Of a DNA stretch of 64,000 bases, positions 18,815 through 28,098 are shown one piece after another. The notes under the pieces are model-generated. The model made no database searches and was not told the DNA's origin. It saw nothing but the letters and a program-made list of their open reading frames with translations. Position numbers and translations under genes: made by a program. Source of the stretch: Chlamydiia bacterium (GTDB taxonomy: Bacteria > Chlamydiota > Chlamydiia > Chlamydiales > Rhabdochlamydiaceae); contig CAWDOQ010000010.1 of assembly GCA_963804085.1 (NCBI GenBank), positions 96,001-160,000 of the forward strand, read 5' to 3'. The first letter of the stretch is position 1, and every line of letters begins with the position of its first letter.

Positions 18815-19342
18815 TTATGATCCAATTTCATCTAGCTCTGTGTCAGACGCAAGCTCAACAGGTGCTTTTTCTTCCGCTTTGGCTTCAGGTGCTGGAGCTT
18901 TATCTGAGACGCAGCAGTTGAAAAGTGCTCCAAATGTGAGATTAACTGACTTAAGCTTCTCGCCACCTTTACGTGGGTTTTGGACAAGCGCTACTAAGTT
19001 GACAAACACTTGGTTAGCATTCACTCCCGTCGTATAACCAGCTATCACCGTAAAGAGAAGCAGCTCGTTTTCATTCGTATCTAAAATATCTGTCCACTCT
19101 TCTGAGCGGCATGCGAGAAAGGGGGCGGTGACAACACAGAGAGCGGCAAGAACAACAGTGACCGCTGCGCGAAAGACTGTCTCTACAGCTGCGGCAAGGG
19201 CAAGCAGCCCATAGCCAAGCTCGGCCGTCGCCAATCTGCACCAGCCACTTCCCGATCGATTTCTATATTTTGTTACAGACTCTGTGCCAATGCCCGACAG
19301 AGATAAAACATAGTCATTATTCTTTACTGGGGGTACAGCCAT
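18815..19342 (-). CDS. Small hydrophobic hypothetical protein (triplet member 1)
   Basis: AELGYGLLALAAAVETVFR...APFL...ALVQN, preceded by a GGAG RBS. Confidence 0.7.
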   Translation of the reverse strand: MAVPPVKNNDYVLSLSGIGTESVTKYRNRSGSGWCRLATAELGYGLLALAAAVETVFRAAVTVVLAALCVVTAPFLACRSEEWTDILDTNENELLLFTVIAGYTTGVNANQVFVNLVALVQNPRKGGEKLKSVNLTFGALFNCCVSDKAPAPEAKAEEKAPVELASDTELDEIGS

Positions 19343-19463
19343 ACAATCCTCCGATCTTACAAATTTTGAATGCGATAATTCTATCAGAGGTGGCGATTAG
19401 TGCAAAAACAATAATTAAAAAATATAAGGCAATTACGGAGCAAATACTGTAATAAAATATTTA

Positions 19464-20024
19464 CTAGAATCTGCGCGAGCAGTGCAGTGCCACGCCATCT
19501 TTGGTAACAGCGGGGTAGACGTGTGTTTTGGCATGATAAGGCTTTGTGAAGATAAAGCTGTAGATGAAGCCGATGGCAGCACCTGCGATCACATCATGCA
19601 CCCAGTGCACCTTGGATTGGACACGCGAGTAGCCGACTACCACTGCACCCGCATAGGCAGGAAGCGAATACCAGCTTCCATAGCGCCACTGCACATAGCT
19701 TGCGCCGCAAAAAGCAGCTGCTGTGTGCCCAGAGGGAAAGGAGTGGTGTCCTTTTCCGGATGGGCGTTTAGAGTTGATAGAACACTTCAAGATGATGACA
19801 GTTGCAGCAGTAGCCGCCCCAGCTTCTAAGAACTGGAGCGCTCCCTTGTAATCTTTGAGTCCGAGCGTTGCGGACATGGCAGCTGCAGGGATCGCCACTT
19901 GACCGATGTCTCCCGCGATTTTTAATCCTTTGTTCGTGCCTTTATACTTACGGGACTTGGACGCATGGGCATGGCAATGCAGAAGACAAATCAAAGAGAG
20001 TGCGATCACCCAAATTTTCGGCAT
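19464..20024 (-). CDS. PAP2-family phosphatase (LpxE-like)
   Basis: K-x6-RP, SFPSGH, SRVQSKVHWVHDV catalytic motifs. Confidence 0.88.
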   Translation of the reverse strand: MPKIWVIALSLICLLHCHAHASKSRKYKGTNKGLKIAGDIGQVAIPAAAMSATLGLKDYKGALQFLEAGAATAATVIILKCSINSKRPSGKGHHSFPSGHTAAAFCGASYVQWRYGSWYSLPAYAGAVVVGYSRVQSKVHWVHDVIAGAAIGFIYSFIFTKPYHAKTHVYPAVTKDGVALHCSRRF

Positions 20025-20086
20025 AATTTAAACCGTAAAAGTAATACAATTTGCGATTGTTGCAAATCGAAGAAAACTATTCCAGT

Positions 20087-21214
20087 ATGTATATGCACCG
20101 CCTTCTCCCTCTTCTTTTCTTCTTAGCAACTCCTCTTTTTGCCACTCATGTTTTATTCGATACAGATGAACTCGATGCTGACAAAAAGGCTTTGATTTTT
20201 GATCTGATCATGGTGCATGAACCACCCCGCTCGCTGCCATGCATCGATCTTGAGCAAATGGCGCATCTCGAGTGGATCGCTCCCACTGCATGGCAAATAG
20301 GTGTCTTGCACGCCTTTTTTCATGATCCTGCGATACGAGAAACCATTTTGGCATCTGCAGAGCTCGAACCCCTGACCTATGATGCTGCAGTGCATAGATG
20401 CTTGCCTCACGCTGAAAATATTGGGGAGATCCAGAGGCTCTTCGATGCCGAGTCACAAACTCTACCCAACCTTAGCACCCTCTTTTTTCAGATCAACAAA
20501 TCGATAGCAGAATTATATGAACGAGCAGAAAGATCCGATTTGGAGATGGTGCGTCTTGCTCTTTCCGAGCTTCCTCCCTTTGTCGAATGGCGGGAAAGAG
20601 GGTTCCCATTCTGGAATTCGCCGTGGATTTACAACCAAAATTCTGCGGCGATCTTCTATAGCGCACTAATGGATGAAAAGCTATTGAGCAAAGTTATCGA
20701 AATCGAACATCTAGCCCACGAGCAAGGCGAGTGGGTGTTATACCGAGGTTATTCCGGATCAGGCTATCCCACAACACTCCAAGCGGGTGGAAACGGAAGC
20801 CACGCCCTCTCCTTTGGCTCGACATTGCTTGGCGGCACATTTTTTTCACTCGAAGCATCGGCTTTAACCTACGCCGAACCCCACACAGACCAAGGAGAGT
20901 GGAGCTTCCTCGCACTAAGAGTCACGCTTGATGAGATGCAAGAGCTCTTTCGTGTAGGTCCCCTGCACCCCTTCCTTCAACTCTTAGTCGATGGCGAGAT
21001 GTTCCACGCTCACACAAAAATCGCAGCAGTTACGTCCGCCGACTTTAGAACAAAGCCCCTCGATGGCTACTTCATGGCCTGCAACCGCCACTGCCTAGAT
21101 CCAATCGGGTACATCCTGGCATTAAAAATGACTCCGCAAGAGCTGGAAGAAAAGTTCCAGACCCTCTGCCAAAAATCCGGCACGATTTTGAAGAACCAAG
21201 ACGCTAATCTTTGA
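20087..21214 (+). CDS. Exported hypothetical protein
   Basis: Long ORF. Signal peptide M(Y)MHRLLPLLFFLATPLFA suggests a start near 20087. Confidence 0.65.
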   Translation: MYMHRLLPLLFFLATPLFATHVLFDTDELDADKKALIFDLIMVHEPPRSLPCIDLEQMAHLEWIAPTAWQIGVLHAFFHDPAIRETILASAELEPLTYDAAVHRCLPHAENIGEIQRLFDAESQTLPNLSTLFFQINKSIAELYERAERSDLEMVRLALSELPPFVEWRERGFPFWNSPWIYNQNSAAIFYSALMDEKLLSKVIEIEHLAHEQGEWVLYRGYSGSGYPTTLQAGGNGSHALSFGSTLLGGTFFSLEASALTYAEPHTDQGEWSFLALRVTLDEMQELFRVGPLHPFLQLLVDGEMFHAHTKIAAVTSADFRTKPLDGYFMACNRHCLDPIGYILALKMTPQELEEKFQTLCQKSGTILKNQDANL

Positions 21215-22331
21215 AGCCAAGCCGGTATTGAATAGCAAAAACTGCTACAAAAACCAGAACTACTCCTGACATGATTGCCATTGGGGAAAGAGGGTAGGAG
21301 TAAAATAAAGCTAATATGGCAAAGATGCCTCCCAGATATACCCCTTTTCGGATTTTCAATTTGGGTATAGCGATGTGATGGAGAAGAGCAAAGGAAGCAA
21401 GGCATAAAATGAGCGAAAAACAGAATGTGTTTTTTAGATTCTGGTCTATCTGCGTATTGGATATGAAATTTTGTGCGCAAACACCAATAATCATCAAACT
21501 GTTAATCAAGGGAATATGACTGTAGATATAGGGCTGTCCGGAACCTAGTGTGCACTTATAGTCAGATACTTGAGTAATCGCGTAATACTGCCCCCAAATT
21601 AAGATTGCTAATGCAAATGCCATGATACTGGTTACCACAGATCCGGGATGCCAACTTGCCGATTTCAGACCAAACACGACAGAAGCGATAAGTTGTCCCA
21701 AGATAATCACAGTGAACGACCCAAATCGTTCCGGGATATACGTAGTGTCAAGCGGCGCTTTCGATAGAACTCTCTTTCTGCCAACCCACGGAAAGATGAG
21801 GTAAATAGACATGCCTAAGGTCCACAAAATAAACTTGTTCGGCGGATCTAAAAATAAGGAAACGATCCAACAAATTGTTCCCAATCCAAATCCACCGATA
21901 TAAAAATGCATCATGTTTTTCGGAGCGCTCTTGTCATAAAGAGGTCTTAAATAGAGAACAAGCAGTGAAATTTGCGAAATTATAAAGCCAATGGAGAACC
22001 CGGTTCCACCGGTTTCCAGCGCTGCAGGAATGTGTATAGCCATGACTGCGCCCGAAAACATGATAACGAATGTCATCAGCCAGTGAATAGCATCGTTATT
22101 ATCAAAACGCGCTGCAAATACAGTATAACTCACCCAGCTCCACATGCAAGGGACGAGCAGAGCAGCACATTGCAAGAGTCCTATAACGGTGAAATTATTT
22201 GACAGCCTGTCTGAAAGCTGCACCACAATCACAGCAAAGATCAGATCAAAAAATATTTCCAGCCATGTCGTATGCCTCTCCCTTGATTCGTCGGGCAATC
22301 TCAGTAACGTGGGACGTATAAAGCGTGCCAT
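21204..22331 (-). CDS. ltrA: Low temperature requirement protein A family membrane protein
   Basis: TWLEIFFDLIF, RFD, ERFG.F.VI.LG, Y.HIPL. Confidence 0.88.
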   Translation of the reverse strand: MARFIRPTLLRLPDESRERHTTWLEIFFDLIFAVIVVQLSDRLSNNFTVIGLLQCAALLVPCMWSWVSYTVFAARFDNNDAIHWLMTFVIMFSGAVMAIHIPAALETGGTGFSIGFIISQISLLVLYLRPLYDKSAPKNMMHFYIGGFGLGTICWIVSLFLDPPNKFILWTLGMSIYLIFPWVGRKRVLSKAPLDTTYIPERFGSFTVIILGQLIASVVFGLKSASWHPGSVVTSIMAFALAILIWGQYYAITQVSDYKCTLGSGQPYIYSHIPLINSLMIIGVCAQNFISNTQIDQNLKNTFCFSLILCLASFALLHHIAIPKLKIRKGVYLGGIFAILALFYSYPLSPMAIMSGVVLVFVAVFAIQYRLGFKD

Positions 22332-22337
22332 GAATTC

Positions 22338-23234
22338 CTATTGTAAAAGACGCATCCCTTCACGCAGAAGAGCTGGATCTTTTGCGTGATGCCCAAATAG
22401 AGCTAAATAAGTACAGCTAGAGATCGCTCGCAATTTGGCAAGCTCCCATGTCTCATTGGAAATGTTACCATAAGCCTGTTTAAATTTTGCATGTGCAGCA
22501 GGAGGTAGAAAGCTGTGCGCAATAGCAAGATCGATCGCAGGATCTCCATAATGCACATCGCCCCAATCGATCACTCCGCACAACTTGTGGTTCACGTCGA
22601 CAAGGAGATGCCTCACGTAAAAATCCCCATGCACAATTGCTGTAGCTGCAGGAGCTCTTGTCCTCTTTATACTTGCAAGACGCTCGAGTATTTCTTGCTT
22701 CTCTACAAGGCCTAGAAGCGCAAGCTCCTCGATATTTTTCTGAATCTTACTGTGTAGCTGCGCAGGATCGATACGACTTAAGTTATCGGCAGGGATGTGA
22801 CACGTAGCAATCAAAGACGAGGGCGTAGCATGCAAAATAGCTAAGAAGCGAGCGATCGGTTCCGCAAGAGAACTTCTCTCATCTTCTGAGAGGTTCATAT
22901 GACATGCAGTGAATCCCTGAAGCATTTTGTACCCGATGAATAACCAGGGAAAATCCCCGCTTGGCACTCCTTTCCATTCCGGTATGGGAATAGGAAAAGG
23001 AAGCCGCCGTCCGATCTTGGGTAAAAAACACCACTCTGCTTCCAAAAGAGGAAGGGCGACCTTTCTCCTGGGAAAACGAAAGATCCACTCCTCATTGATT
23101 ACAAAAGCCGTATTGTCCCATCCAGCCCCAAGCAACCGAATCTTTTCAGCATGAAGGTGTGGAAACTGCTCCTGCACTAGTTGCAGCGCAAGCGAAGGCT
23201 CGATAGTCTGTTCTGCTTCCCATTGATGCGGCAT
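22338..23234 (-). CDS. Aminoglycoside phosphotransferase (APH) family kinase
   Basis: GAGWDN, FRFPRR, HGDFYVRH, GVIDWGD, GDPAIDLA. Confidence 0.88.
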   Translation of the reverse strand: MPHQWEAEQTIEPSLALQLVQEQFPHLHAEKIRLLGAGWDNTAFVINEEWIFRFPRRKVALPLLEAEWCFLPKIGRRLPFPIPIPEWKGVPSGDFPWLFIGYKMLQGFTACHMNLSEDERSSLAEPIARFLAILHATPSSLIATCHIPADNLSRIDPAQLHSKIQKNIEELALLGLVEKQEILERLASIKRTRAPAATAIVHGDFYVRHLLVDVNHKLCGVIDWGDVHYGDPAIDLAIAHSFLPPAAHAKFKQAYGNISNETWELAKLRAISSCTYLALFGHHAKDPALLREGMRLLQ

Positions 23235-23890
23235 TATTCCCTTCTCTTTTTCTCTGGCAAAGTGGTTTGGTACTTGATCTCATCAGGATTAGGAAAATGC
23301 TTTTGAGAATGTTTTAAAAGCGCCCAAATCAGAAAAATGGCAGGAATCTTTTTCTCATCAAGACGCTTGCCATCTATCAGCATCACTTCCCAATTCTGCA
23401 CATAGTAGTCGCGCCAAGAAGGCCAATAAGTTCCCGTAGGCATCCAGCTCCAGAGAGCAACAGCAAGCGGTTTTTTATTTTTCCCATCGCGGAAGACGAA
23501 ACACTTGCCATCTCCTTCTGCTTGTACAATTACAAGAAGCTCCTCATTCGCAGATAAAATCTCGACCCATGTCGAGGAATGGAAAAAACCATCCGACTCA
23601 AGTCTTACATGAGCAATGCAAGTGCCGGCACAGTCAAAAAGCGAATCAAAGCGGTTGACCCAGAGCTTCTCCCCTTGCTCGTTATAAAAATCGAATACGC
23701 CATAGTCGCTGCTTAAGATAGTGCCTAGATGCTTTCCTTCTTCAGCCACACGAAACGCACGCAGAGCACGATCTTGCGTAACATGAAAGTGATCAGGACA
23801 CTCAAGATCGACAGATGCTGCCTTTTCAGCAGACTGGAGGCTAGCAATAAGACTGCCCAGCACTAAAAGATATGCGTAAATTCTACTCAT
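23234..23890 (-). CDS. Exported hypothetical protein
   Basis: Signal peptide (ASLQSA), beta-rich body, translationally coupled to the APH gene. Confidence 0.65.
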   Translation of the reverse strand: MSRIYAYLLVLGSLIASLQSAEKAASVDLECPDHFHVTQDRALRAFRVAEEGKHLGTILSSDYGVFDFYNEQGEKLWVNRFDSLFDCAGTCIAHVRLESDGFFHSSTWVEILSANEELLVIVQAEGDGKCFVFRDGKNKKPLAVALWSWMPTGTYWPSWRDYYVQNWEVMLIDGKRLDEKKIPAIFLIWALLKHSQKHFPNPDEIKYQTTLPEKKRRE

Positions 23891-23977
23891 TCTTCTTCAA
23901 CTTCATTTTCAACCAATTCCCCAGATGCCCAATTATCATATCACTATATGGTTGAAAAAATAAGAAAAAGATGATAT

Positions 23978-24013
23978 ACAACAAATTGTTGTGACAAAAC
24001 AACAAAACGTTGT
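23978..24013. promoter_or_regulatory. Tandem palindromic operators ACAAC-N5-GTTGT
   Basis: Copies at 23978-23992 and 23999-24013, 21 bp apart, immediately before the wHTH-MNT start. Confidence 0.6.
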
Positions 24014-24019
24014 GGATAT

Positions 24020-24625
24020 ATGCCATCTATTTTGAAGCTTTTTGCTAACCCGACGCTTCCTGCCATTCTCAGCTTATTTTTGCTGAATCCGGATGAAGAA
24101 TTATACCAATCGGATATCGCCAAGAGAATTGATAAAGCGTTAATGCAAGTTCAAAGAGCGCTAAAGACTCTCGAAGAGATTGGCCTTGTTACGATCACTC
24201 GCCGGGGCAAAATGGTATATTACAAAGCAAGAAGAGATCACCCTGCTTTTGCCGATCTTAGACACCTCTTTTTGAAGACTATCGTTTTTGAGAACACCAT
24301 CCTCAAAACACTTCATCCTTATCGAGACAAAATCGACTTTGCCTTCATTTTTGGCTCCTATGCAACAGGAGAAGAGTCCTCAAGCAGTGACATCGATCTT
24401 TTCTTGGTTTGTAACATCTCTCTGCGAGAGCTGTCAAAAGTGTTAAGTCCTCTTTCAGAAAAATTACAACGAGAGCTGAACCCGGTAATCATCGGACAAA
24501 AGGAGTTTAAAAAAAGAATTTTAGGAAAAGACCATTTCGTGCTAAAAGTCATTAGCTCTCCAAAAATTTGGATCATCGGCAATGAAAGCAACTTTGAACG
24601 ACTGGTTAAAAGAGGAAAAGCTTAA
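24020..24625 (+). CDS. wHTH plus minimal nucleotidyltransferase (MNT antitoxin-like)
   Basis: N-terminal HTH (YQSDIAKR...QVQRALKTLEEIGLV); FIFGSYATG...SDIDLF; RELNP. Confidence 0.88.
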   Translation: MPSILKLFANPTLPAILSLFLLNPDEELYQSDIAKRIDKALMQVQRALKTLEEIGLVTITRRGKMVYYKARRDHPAFADLRHLFLKTIVFENTILKTLHPYRDKIDFAFIFGSYATGEESSSSDIDLFLVCNISLRELSKVLSPLSEKLQRELNPVIIGQKEFKKRILGKDHFVLKVISSPKIWIIGNESNFERLVKRGKA

Positions 24626-24695
24626 GAATATCAGCGGAGGGAACAAGCAGAGAAACAGATGCTGCAAATGCCGCTTTTTAGATAGAAATCGGTAG
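24582..24695 (+). pseudogene. Possible truncated N-terminus of the HEPN partner gene
   Basis: Short ORF MKATLNDWLKEEKLK... overlapping the MNT 3' end, cut where the opposite-strand gene begins. Confidence 0.35.
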
Positions 24696-25803
24696 CTATC
24701 TTCCAGAGCCGCGCTGCAGAGGCCGCAGGATCTATGGCAAGCGTTGCGAAATTGGGTTCGTGAATGAAGTGCTCTCCTGTCCCCGTCTTGATATAAACAA
24801 TGGCGTGACCAGCATGAGTATCTGGTGATAAACCCACATGATAAGTTCCGTGCGGTAATGTGTTTACGATCTTTTCAAATTCTAGGAACGCATCTTCATT
24901 TGGTTCTTCACAGACATAGATAGACACCATGTGTGACGTACAACCAAAAGTGTTTACCATAATCTCATCCTGCATCTCTTCCACTTGAGCTCTAATTGTA
25001 AACGTATCTCTAATAGTTTCCGTTCGGAGGTTTTGCATTTTTTTCGCCAGTTGATCTTGCAAGTTTGTCAGTTGCTCCGGCATCTCCCTGTGGCCCAATC
25101 CTTTAATCCTGTGTTGTTCAGCTTTAAGCCAACTTTGCACTTCATCATTTTTGGCATTAAAGTTTGGTTCCAAAGCAGCCTTTTCGGTTGCAAGAAGAGA
25201 AGAGGTGTCCAGAGCTGCGTAGAAGGTTTGAGCAAGCTGAGCTTCATCGGGAGCACCATCTACGTAACGACCGGCGATTGCTTTCACAGCTTGTAGCGGC
25301 GTTTTTCCAGATCGAACTTCTGTGAGATAGTGGGAGATAAAATCGAGACTCATGCCGAAGCAGCACCCATCAGACGCCATCTCTCTTCTGGAAAGACGAG
25401 CTTTATCAAGCGGTATCTTTGCTGTTCCTATCTGCGACCAGCGATCGATCGCCGCGTCTCCATAGATATTTCTGAGTGCCTCGTTTTCGGTAGTGTGATT
25501 CGGAAGAAGCTCTTTGACTCTTGTTGAGGAGTTAATACAAAAATCGACAACTTCACTTCCAAAGCTTAGATAGGCGCCCAATTGATTGACTGCTCGATTC
25601 GTTTGATAGCTTGCCCAAGAGGCGTAATGGTGAGAAACTGCAGAACTGACTACCCAGCTACAGAGTGAGAGGATTTCATAAAAAAGCGCAAGGCACAGCC
25701 TGCTTATCGAATCTGCAACCACTCGGATACACTGGAAATCCCTATCGCAAAAAGCGTTGGAACTTCTTACATCGGCTACATTTGCTACTGCACCTAAAGA
25801 CAT
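24631..25803 (-). CDS. YopT/peptidase C58-like cysteine protease (putative effector)
   Basis: DGCCFGMSLDF (Cys), AGHAIVY (His), FIHEPNF (acidic residue), in YopT order. Confidence 0.6.
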   Translation of the reverse strand: MSLGAVANVADVRSSNAFCDRDFQCIRVVADSISRLCLALFYEILSLCSWVVSSAVSHHYASWASYQTNRAVNQLGAYLSFGSEVVDFCINSSTRVKELLPNHTTENEALRNIYGDAAIDRWSQIGTAKIPLDKARLSRREMASDGCCFGMSLDFISHYLTEVRSGKTPLQAVKAIAGRYVDGAPDEAQLAQTFYAALDTSSLLATEKAALEPNFNAKNDEVQSWLKAEQHRIKGLGHREMPEQLTNLQDQLAKKMQNLRTETIRDTFTIRAQVEEMQDEIMVNTFGCTSHMVSIYVCEEPNEDAFLEFEKIVNTLPHGTYHVGLSPDTHAGHAIVYIKTGTGEHFIHEPNFATLAIDPAASAARLWKIATDFYLKSGICSICFSACSLR

Positions 25804-25921
25804 GAAAGCACTCTGTTAAATTAATATCATATAATTATACATTAATTACTAAATTGATAATAGAACTATATATGTATTATTAAAATATTTAATTGATTGA
25901 ATTGTCTCTACGAAGGGCTCA

Positions 25922-26542
25922 TTAATCACTTTCCATAGGAGAGCTTTGCGAAAAGGTGAGCCGCAATTCTTGACTATTCTGGGAAGAATCATCTGGTTTT
26001 GATCTCTTTGCATTGGAAAGCTGAGACTTTCCAATCACCCTCTCAAGATCGATTGTAGAAACTTTGTCGATTTCTGCCATTTTTTCATTTTGAGAGCAAG
26101 CAATGTGATAACAAGACACCACCCGTCTCGGCAATGCATCCATGCTAGGAAGAGTTTCATACACCAGATTCTCATATTCAGACAGTCTCGCCCGACTAAA
26201 AGTCGTGGATGGTAAAAGCAGAGATAGAATTGTAACAGAGGTCCAACTGCTTTTTGGTAAACCGCTGCTCATTTGTAAGCGCTGCGTGTGAATCACAACA
26301 GAGCAGATCTTCTGTATCGAATCTTGAAATAGACCAGGATAGCCTAACGCGGTAGAGAGCACAGCGATACCGCCCACAATTGTCTTAATATCTTTTGGAT
26401 CAAAAGTCGTTCCGTGAGAGACTTCACTCTGCCAGCCAGAAATGCTTGCCTCGACTATGCCCCTCATCTCCTCATCGGTATCATTCCAATAATATTGTTT
26501 GATGATTCCCACCCATTTTGCACCCGATGCTTCTACACTCAT
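25922..26542 (-). CDS. Hypothetical protein
   Basis: 206-aa ORF with GGAGG RBS. No recognised family. Confidence 0.6.
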   Translation of the reverse strand: MSVEASGAKWVGIIKQYYWNDTDEEMRGIVEASISGWQSEVSHGTTFDPKDIKTIVGGIAVLSTALGYPGLFQDSIQKICSVVIHTQRLQMSSGLPKSSWTSVTILSLLLPSTTFSRARLSEYENLVYETLPSMDALPRRVVSCYHIACSQNEKMAEIDKVSTIDLERVIGKSQLSNAKRSKPDDSSQNSQELRLTFSQSSPMESD

Positions 26543-26616
26543 AGCTACCTCCCAAAATGAGGTGACATGATATCAGACGCAAAAAATAAAAGGATCTTTT
26601 TCTCATCCGGCGACTA

Positions 26617-27810
26617 TTATACAGCGTAATCGGCGATGAGTAACGTACATCGCAAACAGACGTTGCTATAAGATACTAAGAGAGCTTCCTGCTCTTGTTG
26701 AGTGTGTGTTACATACTGAGTCGCGTAAATTGCGTGTGATTTACTAAACCAACCCGTTTCGTTGCTTAGATAAGAGTAGAGATGCGCCTTAAGTGTGGGA
26801 TAGAAATTTCTGAGAGTGGCTTCATAATGCATAGAGTTTTGTACTGTATTCATCTCCACAGGAATGCCGAGAGGGATAAGAGTGAGAGGAATTGCTTTGA
26901 TGTCTGTTTGTTTCCCTCGGGCGGTGAGCGTCCATTCAAAATCGTCTTCTAAGATCTTCTTGCGCCAGAAAACAACTGGGAAGATATCATTGAGGAGAGA
27001 GACCGCCTCCGGTAAAACGCGTTTTTGCAGTTTTTTTGTAAAAAACTCCTGAAGTATTTGACTTCTTGCAACCAATCCTATGTTCGGAAGAAGTTCATGC
27101 GCGACCTTTTGGATTTTTTCGGCCTCATCTACCAGTTGTCTGATGTTTTTTGCCGGGAATACGACAGCTTCATTGGGCAGCATGAAATAGACTCCTTTTG
27201 TTTGGATACAATGGAGCAGAGGAGCGATTGAAGCACTCTCAGACAAAAATGCAACCAACTTCAATGATACATCGAGAACAATTCCACTACTTGCGCATAA
27301 GGCTTTAAGCACATCCTCCGCAAAAAAATCATTCTGTTTCATAGCAGAATTGAGCTGTTCGTATGAAATGTTAAAAAGAAAAATCGTGTGGTTGCGCTCA
27401 TCGGGATCATATTCTGAAAAATTTGCATCGGCCACGTTCTTTAATCGTACCATTAAGGGGGTTCTGTCTTCCTTTATCATGCGAGTAAGAAAGGGAACAA
27501 CTTTAGAGGTTCTTCCGCCAAATTGTGTAAGAGCCACTCCTCTTGCTTCTAGCGGAAATTGCAGCTCTTCCAAAGATTCAAGCGCTCTATCACAGGCACT
27601 AGATATTTTTTCTAGTTTAATACGTTGTATGACAGATAAGAGAAAAGATGGGCCAAACTTTATGTATCCGCTTTCAAGGAGGCTCTCTTCAAGGTCGAGA
27701 CCGAGCTCGACTTGGTCTAGGATCTCATCAGGAGAAGTAAAATCTCGACCAACTTGAGCAAAAGAATCTTCTGTCTCCCATAAACGGTCCTTAACAGAGC
27801 GCACACTCAT
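26617..27810 (-). CDS. Hypothetical protein
   Basis: 397-aa ORF with GGGAGG RBS. No recognised family. Confidence 0.65.
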   Translation of the reverse strand: MSVRSVKDRLWETEDSFAQVGRDFTSPDEILDQVELGLDLEESLLESGYIKFGPSFLLSVIQRIKLEKISSACDRALESLEELQFPLEARGVALTQFGGRTSKVVPFLTRMIKEDRTPLMVRLKNVADANFSEYDPDERNHTIFLFNISYEQLNSAMKQNDFFAEDVLKALCASSGIVLDVSLKLVAFLSESASIAPLLHCIQTKGVYFMLPNEAVVFPAKNIRQLVDEAEKIQKVAHELLPNIGLVARSQILQEFFTKKLQKRVLPEAVSLLNDIFPVVFWRKKILEDDFEWTLTARGKQTDIKAIPLTLIPLGIPVEMNTVQNSMHYEATLRNFYPTLKAHLYSYLSNETGWFSKSHAIYATQYVTHTQQEQEALLVSYSNVCLRCTLLIADYAV

Positions 27811-28098
27811 TTTTGCCCTCCCTTATGTTAAAACAACTTCGGACTAGAAAGTGTAGCATGCTCATTTTTTTTAGAGATAGAGTCAATTGGCTCGGTAGTA
27901 AAACGGTTGGTCACTTTGAGATGCGGCTCGCGCGAAGCGTTTCAGACATATTCTAGTTTTCTACACCTAACTGAAAACTTGCCTCCGAAAGAAGATGTTA
28001 TGGAAGCTTGAGGGACGAGTTAAAACAGAAAAAACTGGTCAAACTATCCGGAAAGCTCCTAAGCTGATGAAAGCTAATTTCTTTAAATTCTATACTTG

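Noticed and set aside
22338-23234. Bona fide antibiotic resistance gene
   Set aside because: Only family-level APH kinase motifs are visible; the substrate cannot be inferred.
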